Assembly: GCA_965248695.1 (NCBI GenBank)
Contig: CBDFKD010000002.1
Span: 4,608,001 to 4,672,000, forward strand
DNA from: Acidobacteriota bacterium
GTDB taxonomy: Bacteria > Acidobacteriota > UBA890 > WLXD01
Reading direction: 5' to 3'
DNA length: 64,000 nt
Shown: one piece after another, positions 52,628 to 61,903 of the stretch
How positions within the stretch are numbered: the first letter of the stretch is position 1
Layout: the number at the start of each line of letters is the position of its first letter
Made by a program: the position numbers and the translations under genes
The notes under the pieces: model-generated
What the model saw: the letters and a program-made list of their open reading frames with translations, nothing else
Told to the model about the DNA's origin: nothing
Database searches by the model: none

Positions 52628-53368
52628 GTGCAACGTTCCGCACTGATTGCCGCCGCGCTCATTCTGCTCGTCGCGGTGGCGGCGGTATGGTATTTCCGTG
52701 CCGCCGAGGAGCCGGTCGAGGAGCCGATTGTCGCCGTTGAGCCGCTGGCGCCGCCGCTGCCGGCGGAGGAACCTGAGCCAGCCTTGCCGGTGCTCGATAA
52801 CAGCGACGGCATGCTACGCCAGGCAGCGACGATGCTCGGTCTGGGCCCGGTCCTCGCCAAGGCGCTCGAGGACCCGGATGTCATGCGTCGCTTCGTGGCT
52901 GTGGTCGATGCCATAGCCAGCGGCGAGAGCCCGGGCGCGCAGCTGCCGTTTCTCGCTCCCGAGCAACCGTTCGACGCTGTCTACGAAAACGACGCGTGGC
53001 ACGCGGATCCAGCTAACTACCGGCGCTACGATTTCGTCGGCGAGGCCATTGCCGGCCTCGACGCGCGCGCTAGTGTCAGCGCGTTTCGACGTGTGGAGTC
53101 GCTGGCTGATGCCGCGTATGCGGATCTGATCGGCGAATCGCGCCCATTCGAGCCACGGCTACGTGAGGCGATGCGCGTGTTGCTAGAGACGCCGGTGCTC
53201 AGCCAACCTCCCGAGCTCGTCGATGCGGTCGGCCGGCTGACCTATCGCGACGAGACCTTGGAGGCCTTGAGCCTGCCAAAGAAACATCTGTTGCGGATGG
53301 GGCCGGAAAACGTTCGCTGCGTGCAGACAAAGCTAGGCGAGCTGCTTGATCAGTTGGCCGGAAGCTGA
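52628..53368 (+). CDS. DUF3014 domain protein
   Basis: N-terminal TM, Pro-rich linker, LP.LDNSD, RRFVAVVD, YRRYD, LEALS..KHLLRMGPEN. Confidence 0.85.
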   Translation: MQRSALIAAALILLVAVAAVWYFRAAEEPVEEPIVAVEPLAPPLPAEEPEPALPVLDNSDGMLRQAATMLGLGPVLAKALEDPDVMRRFVAVVDAIASGESPGAQLPFLAPEQPFDAVYENDAWHADPANYRRYDFVGEAIAGLDARASVSAFRRVESLADAAYADLIGESRPFEPRLREAMRVLLETPVLSQPPELVDAVGRLTYRDETLEALSLPKKHLLRMGPENVRCVQTKLGELLDQLAGS

Positions 53369-53478
53369 TCATCGACGGCGTTTCGCGGCCCGCTCTCCCT
53401 GCTCCCATTGCCCGGCGCGATCTTCACTGAGCATGCGATCCTGGTCTTGCTGATGCGAATCGTTGCCCGGAGGCGAGC

Positions 53479-54420
53479 ATGCGGATCGTAGTGGCGCTCG
53501 GAGGCAACGCGCTCCTGCGTCGCGGCGAGACGGTCAGCAGCGAGCAGCAGCGGCTCAACGTTCGGGCGGCGGCGGAGTCGCTGGCGCCGGTGGCCGAAGA
53601 GCATCAGCTGGTCATCTCCCACGGCAATGGGCCGCAGGTTGGGCTGCTGGCGCTCCAGGCGCACGCCTATGAGGCGGTCGAACCGTTCCCGCTCGACGTG
53701 CTCGGAGCCCAGACCGAAGGGATGATCGGCTACCTCATCGAGCAAGAGCTCGGCAACTTGTTGCCGCACGAGCAGCCGTTCGCCACCATCCTCACGATGG
53801 TACAGGTCGATCCCGAGGATCCGGCGTTCGCCCACCCGGCGAAACCGATCGGCCCGGTGTACGAGGAAGCGGAAGCCAGGCGCCTGGCCTCGGATCGTGA
53901 CTGGACCGTCGCACCCGATGGTGCCGGCTGGCGGCGCGTCGTGCCATCGCCGAAGCCGCAGCACATCTTCCAGATTCGACCGATTCGCTGGCTCGTGGAT
54001 CAAGGGGTCATCGTCATCTGTACCGGCGGCGGCGGTATCCCCACCATGTATGACGAGCGGGGCAACCTGCGCGGCGCCGAGGTGGTCATCGACAAGGACC
54101 TGGCCAGCGCCTTGCTGGCGGTCGAGCTCAACGCCGACATGCTGGTGCTGGCCACCGACGTCGATGCGGTCTATCGCGATTGGGGGATGCCGACAGCCGA
54201 GGCCATCCGCCGAGCGACGCCTGAGGAGCTAGGGCAGGAGGAGTTCAGCGGGGGCTCGATGGGGCCCAAGGTAGAGGCGGCATGTCGCTTTGCCGAGCTC
54301 GCGGGCGCGACCGCGGCAATCGGTTCGCTGGAAGAGCTCGAGGAGATCGTCGCCGGCGAAGCCGGCACCGTGATCGAGGTGCCCAACGACCCCGAGGACG
54401 TCCGCTTGCCAGGTCTCTGA
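53479..54420 (+). CDS. arcC: Carbamate kinase
   Basis: [47 protein letters not shown]. Confidence 0.95.
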   Translation: MRIVVALGGNALLRRGETVSSEQQRLNVRAAAESLAPVAEEHQLVISHGNGPQVGLLALQAHAYEAVEPFPLDVLGAQTEGMIGYLIEQELGNLLPHEQPFATILTMVQVDPEDPAFAHPAKPIGPVYEEAEARRLASDRDWTVAPDGAGWRRVVPSPKPQHIFQIRPIRWLVDQGVIVICTGGGGIPTMYDERGNLRGAEVVIDKDLASALLAVELNADMLVLATDVDAVYRDWGMPTAEAIRRATPEELGQEEFSGGSMGPKVEAACRFAELAGATAAIGSLEELEEIVAGEAGTVIEVPNDPEDVRLPGL

Positions 54421-54547
54421 GCGATCCGTGCCGCCGGCCCTTCACGGCGTGCAGTTGCCGCCGCGTCAGGGATGGTTCGAAGTGCGTCGTGGTATGTTCC
54501 AGCCGCTCTGACACCCACTCCGCAGAACCCTCTTCCGACGATGATTC

Positions 54548-56515
54548 ATGGCTGAGCGCACCGGGCTCGACCGGCAGGCCTACCGCGAGCTCGAGGCCGG
54601 GGAAAGCTACCGGCCGTACGTCTCGGCTGGCGAGAGTCCCAGGGAAGCGACGCTGCGCGCCATCCTGGCCGGGGCGGCGTTCGGGATCCTCTTCGGTGCC
54701 GCCAACGCCTACCTCGGTCTGCGCTCCGGACTGACGATCTCCACGTCGATCCCCGTGGCTGTGTTGACAGTCGCCTTCTTCAACGCCGTGCGCGCCGCGG
54801 GAGGCCGGTCGAGCATTCTCGAGGCCAATCTCGCCCAGACGATAGGCTCCGCATCCAGCTCGGTCGCCAGCGGCGCTATCTTCACGCTGCCGGCGCTGTT
54901 CCTCTGGGGCATGGGGCCGGGACTGCTGCAGATGACTCTGCTGGCGATGTGCGGCGGCGTGCTCGGGGTGCTGTTCATGGTGCCGCTGCGCAAGCTGTTG
55001 ATCCAGGGCGAGCACGGACGGCTGCCGTACCCCGAGGGCACGGCATGCGCCGAGGTGCTGGTAGCCAGTGACGTGGGTGGTGCGCGTGCCAGGCCGGTGT
55101 TCCATGGGCTGGCGATCGGGGCGCTGATGAAGGCGCTCACGGGTCTGGCGAGAGTGATTCCGGGTGATGTGCACATGCGTCTCCCGATCTTGCCCAAGGC
55201 GCAGGTGGGTACCGAGGTGTCGGCGGCGCTCTTCGGCGTCGGTTACATCCTCGGTCCGTGGATCGGCTCGGTCATGGTTGGCGGGGCGCTGCTGTCGTGG
55301 GTCGTGCTCATCCCTGCCATTGCGACTTGGGGGGCTGAACTGGCGTCGCCGCTGTATCCGGAGACCGTACAGACGATCGCGGCGATGGGGCCGTCGGAGA
55401 TCTGGACGCGGTACGTGCGCTACATCGGCGCCGGGGCCGTCGCCACCGCCGGCTTGCTGACGTTGCTCAAGAGCGTGCCGACGATGCGCGAGAGCTTCCG
55501 CGTGGGGACACGTGAGCTGCGCAATCGCCTCGCCCACACGGCACCTGTCGACGCACCGCGCACCGGCCTCGACGTATCGCTGCGCACCGTCGCAGTGGGC
55601 GTCGGCCTCGTGTTGCTCGTACTGGCCACGGTACCGCAAGCCTTCGGGCCGTTACCGAGTGCCTACGCTCGGCCTGTGGCTGCTTTACTGGTCGGGATCC
55701 TCGCCTTCTTCTTCGTCACCGTATCGTCTCGAATCGTCGGGCTGGTCGGGGTTACCTCGAATCCCACCAGCGGCATGACCATCGCCTCTTTGCTCGGCGT
55801 CTCGCTGCTGTTTTACGCTGCCGGGTGGACGGATGATCTGGGCAAGGCCGCGGCGCTCACCGTCGGTTGTGTGGTTGCCATCGCGGCATCGATCGCCGGC
55901 GATACGTCACAGGATCTGAAGACCGGCTACCTGCTGGGGGCAACGCCGCGCCGCCAGCAGCTGGGCGAGGTGATGGGTGTGCTCACGTCCGCTACTTTCG
56001 TGTGCCTCACCTTGATCGTCCTGAACGGCAGCTACGGTTTCGGTACCACCGAGCTACCGGCGCCCCAGGCGACGCTAATGAAGCTCGTCATCGAAGGTGT
56101 GCTCGACGCCAACCTTCCCTGGGCATTCGTCGGCATCGGCGCCGCGCTCGGTCTGGCGGCCGAGATTGCCGGCTTGCCGGCCCTGGCGTTCTCGGTAGGC
56201 ATCTACCTGCCGGTCGGCACGATGGTACCGGTGTTCCTCGGTGGGATGGCACGCTGGTGGCTCGAGCGGTCGGCGGCAAACGAACAGCTTGGGGAGGTTC
56301 GCCGCGAGCGCGGCGTGCTCCTGGGATCCGGACTGGTCGGCGGCACCGGTCTGTTCGGGGTGCTGCTGGCAGGCATTGCTTTCTGGAATGGGTCGGCACC
56401 GAGAGGCGTTGGAACGGAATGGGCTGGAGCCTGGGCGCCGCTGGTCGGATTGCTGGTATTCGTGGCCATGATCGCGTGGTTCCTGAGCTCCTGCAGCCGC
56501 CGGGAGGATCAGTGA
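54548..56515 (+). CDS. OPT-family oligopeptide transporter
   Basis: NAYLGLRSGLTISTSIP, LPYPEG.ACAEVL, SNPTSG, QDLKTG, LPAPQA.LM. Confidence 0.94.
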   Translation: MAERTGLDRQAYRELEAGESYRPYVSAGESPREATLRAILAGAAFGILFGAANAYLGLRSGLTISTSIPVAVLTVAFFNAVRAAGGRSSILEANLAQTIGSASSSVASGAIFTLPALFLWGMGPGLLQMTLLAMCGGVLGVLFMVPLRKLLIQGEHGRLPYPEGTACAEVLVASDVGGARARPVFHGLAIGALMKALTGLARVIPGDVHMRLPILPKAQVGTEVSAALFGVGYILGPWIGSVMVGGALLSWVVLIPAIATWGAELASPLYPETVQTIAAMGPSEIWTRYVRYIGAGAVATAGLLTLLKSVPTMRESFRVGTRELRNRLAHTAPVDAPRTGLDVSLRTVAVGVGLVLLVLATVPQAFGPLPSAYARPVAALLVGILAFFFVTVSSRIVGLVGVTSNPTSGMTIASLLGVSLLFYAAGWTDDLGKAAALTVGCVVAIAASIAGDTSQDLKTGYLLGATPRRQQLGEVMGVLTSATFVCLTLIVLNGSYGFGTTELPAPQATLMKLVIEGVLDANLPWAFVGIGAALGLAAEIAGLPALAFSVGIYLPVGTMVPVFLGGMARWWLERSAANEQLGEVRRERGVLLGSGLVGGTGLFGVLLAGIAFWNGSAPRGVGTEWAGAWAPLVGLLVFVAMIAWFLSSCSRREDQ

Positions 56516-56940
56516 CCATCGCGATCTCCGTCGCCCTGTTGCTGGCCTCCCTGCTGCCGCAGGCGCCGGCGCCGCCGCCGATCGATTCTCAGGTCACGTT
56601 CCTCTACTACGCCGACCTCGATGCAGCGGCGGGTTTCTACGGCGACGTTCTCCAGCTCGAGCAGACGTTCGACCAAGGATGGGTGAAGATCTTCGCGATC
56701 ACGCCAACCGCCTCGGTCGGCATCGTCGATGAGACGCGCGGAGCTCATCAGGCACGCGATGACAACGCAGTGATGCTCAGCCTGGTTACCGCCGATGTCG
56801 ACGCTTGGCACGCGCATCTGAGCGCCGCCGGCGCAGAGATCCTCGGGGCCCCTGCGGACTCTGCCAGCGTTCCGGTGCGTGCCTTCCTGGCACGCGATCC
56901 CGGCGGCTACACGGTGGAGTTCTTCCAATGGATCGATTGA
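56512..56940 (+). CDS. VOC/glyoxalase family protein with signal peptide
   Basis: FLYYADLDAAAGFYGDVL, DVDAWH, RDPGGYTVEF. Confidence 0.85.
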   Translation: MTIAISVALLLASLLPQAPAPPPIDSQVTFLYYADLDAAAGFYGDVLQLEQTFDQGWVKIFAITPTASVGIVDETRGAHQARDDNAVMLSLVTADVDAWHAHLSAAGAEILGAPADSASVPVRAFLARDPGGYTVEFFQWID

Positions 56941-56977
56941 ACGTGCGCGGCGGAGATCGTCGGACGCAGAGGCACCT

Positions 56978-57316
56978 GTGACCCAACTTCTCATTGTCTG
57001 GCTGATCAGCGCCGTGGCGCTCCTGTTAGCCGCGTATGTCGTGCCCGGCTTCAAAGTCCAGGACTTCGGCACCGCCTTGCTGGCGGCCCTGGTTCTTGGA
57101 CTTGCCAACGCCGCGCTGTGGCCCCTGCTGATGCTGCTGGCGCTTCCGCTCAACCTGCTGACGCTCGGATTGTTCACCTTTGTTCTCAGCGCCGTGTTGC
57201 TGATGCTCACGTCGGCTCTCGTGAAGGGATTTCAGATCGATGGATGGATACCGGCAGTTTTCGGCGCCGTGGTGGTCGCGGCTGTCACGACCCTGTTGCG
57301 CATGGTGACACCATGA
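56978..57316 (+). CDS. 4-TMS phage-holin-superfamily IV (YvlD-like) membrane protein
   Basis: VVPGF, AALVLGLANA...LPLNLLTLGLF motif. Confidence 0.85.
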   Translation: MTQLLIVWLISAVALLLAAYVVPGFKVQDFGTALLAALVLGLANAALWPLLMLLALPLNLLTLGLFTFVLSAVLLMLTSALVKGFQIDGWIPAVFGAVVVAAVTTLLRMVTP

Positions 57317-58929
57317 ATCGACGAGCGTTCCGGTTCCGGGGCTCGACAACGCTGGGCGCTCTCGCTGTCCTGACGCTGCTGGCGACCTCGGTGGCGTCGG
57401 CGCAGAATCCTGAGGCCCCCGATCGCCGGGTCGGGGAGGGTCCCTTCGGTCGCCTGATCCTGCGCACCGCGACCCTGATCGACGGTACCGGCGCGCCGCC
57501 GCGGGGTCCGGTGGACATCGTCGTGGAGGGAAGCCGCATCGTCGAGATTCGCAATGTCGGCGTGCCGGGCGTGGCCATCGACGCCTCCCGTCGCCCGCAG
57601 GCGCGCGACGGAGACAGGGTGATCGAGCTCGACGGTGCCTATGTGCTACCAGGCTTCGTCGATCTGCACGGCCACCTGTCCGGTCCGGAGACTCCCGCCG
57701 AGTACATCCTCAAGCTATGGATGGCTCACGGCATCACGACGAGCGCTGATCCTGGCAGCGGTAACGGCATCCGGTGGATGCTCGATCACCAGGCGCGGAG
57801 TCGGAACAACGAGATCGTGGCACCTCGCCTCTACCCGTCCGTGTCGTTCGGACAGGGGCACGATGGCCCGATCTCGACGGCGCAGCAGGCGCGCGCCTGG
57901 GTCGCCGAGATGGCGGGCATGGGGGCTCACGGCATCAAGTTCTTTGGCGCCCGGCCCGACATCATGGAGGCGGCGCTGGACGAGGCCCGTCAGCGAGGCC
58001 TCTACTCGACCATGCACCACGCACAGCTCGACGTGGCGTGGATGAACGTCCTCGATTCGGCCCGGCTAGGCCTCACGTCGATGCAGCACTGGTACGGCCT
58101 TCCGGAGGCGCTGTTCGAAGATCGCAGCATTCAGGACTTCCGTCTCGACTACAACTACAACGACGAGCAACACCGGTTCGGCGAGGCCGGGAGGCTGTGG
58201 CAACAGGCCGCTGCACCGTATTCGCCGCACTGGAACGCTGTCATGGATGAGCTGCTGGACCTCGATTTCACCCTCGTGCCGACCTTCGTAGCCTACGAAA
58301 CGACACGCGATTTCATGCGCATGGCGCGCGCCGAGTGGCACGAGGAACACACGTTACCGTCGCTGTGGCGGTTCTATCTGCCCAACCGGGTGGCGCACGC
58401 CTCGTATTGGTTCTACTGGGGGACCGAGGAGGAGGTGGCGTGGAAACGCAATTACCAGCTGTGGATGAGCTTCATCAACGAGTACAAGAACCGTGGGGGG
58501 CGGGTAGCCATAGGCACCGACTCCGGCTACTCCTACAACCTCTACGGCTTCTCGTTCGTGCGTGAGATGGAGCTGCTGCGCGAGGCCGGCTTCCATCCGC
58601 TCGAGGTCATCCGCGCCGCCACCCTCGATGGCGCCGAGGCGCTGGGTGTGGCAGCCGAGGTCGGGTCGGTCGAGGTCGGCAAATTGGCCGATTTCGTGGT
58701 TGTCGACGAGAATCCACTCCAGAACCTGAAGGTCCTGTATGGCATCGGAGCGCTGAAGTTGCTCGCCGACAACAGCATCACACGGGTCGGCGCGGTCCGG
58801 TACACGATCAAGGACGGCATCGTCTTCGACGCACCGGCGCTGCTCGCCGACGTGCGACGTATTGTGCGCCAGGCGAAGGACCTCGAAGGTTTCGAGATCA
58901 CTCAGCCGGGCAGGGGACCCTTCCAGTAG
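57313..58929 (+). CDS. Secreted amidohydrolase family protein
   Basis: LPGFVDLHGH, GIKF, AIGTDSG, GSVEVGKLADFVVV. Confidence 0.9.
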   Translation: MNRRAFRFRGSTTLGALAVLTLLATSVASAQNPEAPDRRVGEGPFGRLILRTATLIDGTGAPPRGPVDIVVEGSRIVEIRNVGVPGVAIDASRRPQARDGDRVIELDGAYVLPGFVDLHGHLSGPETPAEYILKLWMAHGITTSADPGSGNGIRWMLDHQARSRNNEIVAPRLYPSVSFGQGHDGPISTAQQARAWVAEMAGMGAHGIKFFGARPDIMEAALDEARQRGLYSTMHHAQLDVAWMNVLDSARLGLTSMQHWYGLPEALFEDRSIQDFRLDYNYNDEQHRFGEAGRLWQQAAAPYSPHWNAVMDELLDLDFTLVPTFVAYETTRDFMRMARAEWHEEHTLPSLWRFYLPNRVAHASYWFYWGTEEEVAWKRNYQLWMSFINEYKNRGGRVAIGTDSGYSYNLYGFSFVREMELLREAGFHPLEVIRAATLDGAEALGVAAEVGSVEVGKLADFVVVDENPLQNLKVLYGIGALKLLADNSITRVGAVRYTIKDGIVFDAPALLADVRRIVRQAKDLEGFEITQPGRGPFQ

Positions 58930-58967
58930 CCACACACCGGCACGGGAGATCCGCTAGAACATTCCCC

Positions 58968-59846
58968 TCACGAGAGCACCACCGCCTCCTCGCCACGCTC
59001 CACGATTACCTGACGCAAGTGCTCGATGAGCGCCTCACGGCGATCAAGTAGCGAGGCGATCTGCAGAGGCTCGAGAATCTCGCGTACGGCGTCTCGAATC
59101 TGTCCTTCTGAGACGGTGCGCAGCGCGGTCCAGAAAGCGCGCGGCACCTGCACGATCTTGCCGAAGTCATTCCCTCCGCGTGGTCTCTGGAACGTCCTGG
59201 TGTGGTCGATCATCCAGAGATTCCAGTCCGCGTCGATCAGGCTGTTGCCGGTGTTTCGATCCGAGTTGTGCACCAGGGCATCGAAGGCTCGCATGATCAG
59301 GCGCTGTCGGCGCCAGCGGCCGGCTTCAGGGGGTCGCAGGCGTCGCTCGGCGCGCTCACCGTCGGTCATCGAGTTCTCGATCCAGAGCTGAACGGTGCCC
59401 GGCCTGCCGTCAATCCGGCGCTCGACCACCGGCGGGATCATGTCGATGCCGTACAGCCGTGCGAGCTCGAATGCGGCCACTTCGAACCGGGCGCTGTCGT
59501 AGAACGTCGCGAACGCGTCGCCGTTCGCCATGCGTAGGTTGGTGCGGCGCGTTTCGATGCTCCGGAACACGGCTCGCGCCCGTATGCCCTGGCTATCGAG
59601 CAACAGCCGGACGGCGCCGCTCTTGCCTGTGCGGACAGGCTCGCTCGAGAGCACCGCCGCATGGCGGAGAAAGTCGAGCACCTGCTCGTCGTCGCGGAAG
59701 GGCAGCGGCTGACCATCCGGACCGATGAAGACGCGCCGAGCGGCGCCGAATGTCGAGGTAGGGGCAGCGGCGCTGGCGAACACCGCCGCGAGTCCCAGGA
59801 TTACTGCGAGGGGGGTCGTTGCAACCCGATCACGCAAAGTGCGCAT
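58968..59846 (-). CDS. Secreted atypical kinase-fold protein (PI3/4K-, HipA-, CotH-like motifs)
   Basis: Signal peptide; EVAAFEL, PPVVER, GTVQLW, FDALVHNSDRNTGN, WMIDHTRTF. Confidence 0.6.
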   Translation of the reverse strand: MRTLRDRVATTPLAVILGLAAVFASAAAPTSTFGAARRVFIGPDGQPLPFRDDEQVLDFLRHAAVLSSEPVRTGKSGAVRLLLDSQGIRARAVFRSIETRRTNLRMANGDAFATFYDSARFEVAAFELARLYGIDMIPPVVERRIDGRPGTVQLWIENSMTDGERAERRLRPPEAGRWRRQRLIMRAFDALVHNSDRNTGNSLIDADWNLWMIDHTRTFQRPRGGNDFGKIVQVPRAFWTALRTVSEGQIRDAVREILEPLQIASLLDRREALIEHLRQVIVERGEEAVVLS

Positions 59847-59954
59847 GGCAACCTCAGCGGGGAGCTGTGGTTGGGATCCTAGGGGAGCAACGCACCTATT
59901 ATGGCGGGTGCAGGGGGGGCGACGGCAAGTCCGCAATGTGATCGCCCAGATCGA

Positions 59955-61334
59955 CTATGAGGGCTCGGTCCCGGCCGGCAGACGGATCTCCACCAGTAGG
60001 CCTCCATCGTCCGGGTTGGTGGCGCCGATGGTTCCTCCGTGAGCCCGTACGGCTCGTTCGCTGATCGACAGGCCGAGTCCGCTGCCCCCCCGCTCGCGAT
60101 CTCGTGCCGGGTCGACGCGATGGAACGGCCGAAACAATCGGCCGAGCTCGCTCTCCGGTACGCCAGGACCGTGATCTCGAACGCGGATCAGGGCTTCCGA
60201 CGAGCCGTTGTCCTGCGTGATAACCAGCGACGTCTCCACTGCGGATCCCTGCGGCGCATAACGAATCGCGTTGCGCACGACGTTCTCTATGGCGCGCCGG
60301 AGCAGTTCCTCGAACCCGGTCGTGACGCACGGTCCGGTAGCGTCGAGTCGGACCGACTTACCGCACTCGCGGGCCTCGTAGTCGGCGTCGGCGACCACCG
60401 CCCGCACCAGCGCCAGTAGATCCACCGGTCGTCGATCGACGAGCGCGTCCGGGTCCTGAAGGCGTGTCAGCGCCAGCAACTGGCCAATCAGGTCGTTGAG
60501 CCGCTCCGTTTCCTGCTCGATGCGGTCGAGCGCATCGTTTGCCGCATCGTCGCTGTGTCGCCGCGCCAGCCCGAGGGCGACGTAGAGCCGGGCAAGTGGT
60601 GAGCGCAGCTCATGCGAGATGTCGCTGAGCAGCTGCCGCTGGTTCTCCAACAGCGAGCCGATTCGCTCGGCCATGTTGTCGAAGTCGCGACCTAGAGCGG
60701 CCACCTCGTCACGACGGCCCCCGAGCTCAGCGCTGACGCGCGTGTCGAGCTCGCCGTCGGCAAAGCGTTGCGTCGCCGCACTGAGGGTACCTACCGGCGA
60801 CAGCATGTAGCGCGCCATTGCGTAGCAAACCAGTCCGGAGGTCAGCAGGACTCCAAGCCATCTGACGACGATGGGAAGAACGTTGGGTGGCGGCAGGTCG
60901 AGCCGGCTGGGAAGGCGTTGGACTACCGCATAGGTATCGTTGAGACGGTTTATGAACGAGCGTCCGGCGTAAGGCCCTGAGCCACGAAAGCCCCCATGGA
61001 TCATGCCGGTATCCAGGGTCTCGGCGGCTGCCGCCCGAGCCGCGTCGGGCGCAGTACGCCCGGTAATCTCGTTCAACTCGACGTCGAACACGAACGGGTA
61101 AGGAGCCCCCTCCTCCTCCAGATCTGACATGAACTGAGCGATCGCCTCAGGTGATCGGCGCCCCAAGTTGACCGCCACGCGACCGGCGAGGACCAAGCGC
61201 TGCCCGGTGAGCGCCCGGAATCGGTCGACGACTTCTTCGTTCTGGATCAGTTGGGTAGGCAACGAGAACGCTGACCACACCAGCGCCATCGCCAGCCAGA
61301 ACCACAGGAAGATCTTGATGAACAGCCGGTGCAT
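59955..61334 (-). CDS. HAMP sensor histidine kinase (CpxA-like)
   Basis: 2 TM, HAMP, DISHELRSPL H-box, ENVVRNA, DHGPG, GSGLGLSI. Confidence 0.95.
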   Translation of the reverse strand: MHRLFIKIFLWFWLAMALVWSAFSLPTQLIQNEEVVDRFRALTGQRLVLAGRVAVNLGRRSPEAIAQFMSDLEEEGAPYPFVFDVELNEITGRTAPDAARAAAAETLDTGMIHGGFRGSGPYAGRSFINRLNDTYAVVQRLPSRLDLPPPNVLPIVVRWLGVLLTSGLVCYAMARYMLSPVGTLSAATQRFADGELDTRVSAELGGRRDEVAALGRDFDNMAERIGSLLENQRQLLSDISHELRSPLARLYVALGLARRHSDDAANDALDRIEQETERLNDLIGQLLALTRLQDPDALVDRRPVDLLALVRAVVADADYEARECGKSVRLDATGPCVTTGFEELLRRAIENVVRNAIRYAPQGSAVETSLVITQDNGSSEALIRVRDHGPGVPESELGRLFRPFHRVDPARDRERGGSGLGLSISERAVRAHGGTIGATNPDDGGLLVEIRLPAGTEPS

Positions 61335-61337
61335 GGG

Positions 61338-61903
61338 CTAGTGGCCTGTAACAGATGATCGTTGCATATCGCAGATGGGATTTGCGGGTGAGATCAAGGC
61401 GCGGTGAGGAAGGCGATGTGAGCAGGCCGTGGTGAGAGTGTGATGGGTCTGGTTGTGCCGCCAAGGGCGCAGATCCAAGGCGCCGCGCCGCCGGTGATGC
61501 CAGTGCGCATCATCCAGGAGCGGCAACGCTGGAGATGCGCCCTTGGCGGCACAACCCTTCGGGCAAGTGGGAGTTACGGGCGATGACGGCGTCTCTCCTC
61601 CTCCACGATGACGCCAGCATCGCCTCGTCGTCGATCCTTGCCCTCGCCCGTAAGAGTCCCACTTGCCAGACCCATCACACTCTCACCACGGCCTGCTGGG
61701 GCATCGTCGACGAGGCGCAACGCCGATATCGCCCGCAACTGCCCATCTGTCCGCAGGCCCATCAAGAGAACAGTGGCGCAATCGGCCCGTCTGCCCCGTT
61801 GCGCCTCCTCCAAGATGGGCAAACATCGTCTCGTCGTCGCGCCTGGCATCCGGTCCCATTTCGCCACCACGATATGCAACGATCATCTGTTACAGGCCAC
61901 TAG
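61338..61903. mobile_element. Outer MITE-like non-autonomous element, perfect 34-bp TIRs, CTAG/TA target
   Basis: CTAGTGGCCTGTAACAGATGATCGTTGCATATCG (61338-61371) and its exact reverse complement (61870-61903); removing the element restores ...AAC TAG CCC ATG CAC... between regulator and kinase. Confidence 0.9.
61421..61697. mobile_element. Inner nested MITE-like element, perfect 32-bp TIRs
   Basis: AGCAGGCCGTGGTGAGAGTGTGATGGGTCTGG (61421-61452) and its exact reverse complement (61666-61697); it splits a hairpin motif of the outer element. Confidence 0.8.

Noticed and set aside
56978-57316. Holin-family gene as evidence of a prophage
   Set aside because: YvlD-like 4-TMS proteins are common chromosomal genes, and no phage genes are nearby.
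61338-61903. Short ORFs (62 aa minus, 122 aa plus) sharing the peptides RPWRHN, QTHHTLTTAC and DMQRSSVTGH
   Set aside because: The shared peptides are simply translations of the inverted repeats; there is no transposase or other protein signature.
61338-61903. Possible CRISPR array or attC cassette array
   Set aside because: Repeats are inverted and nested, not direct with unique spacers; no cas or integron integrase genes and no cassette ORFs.
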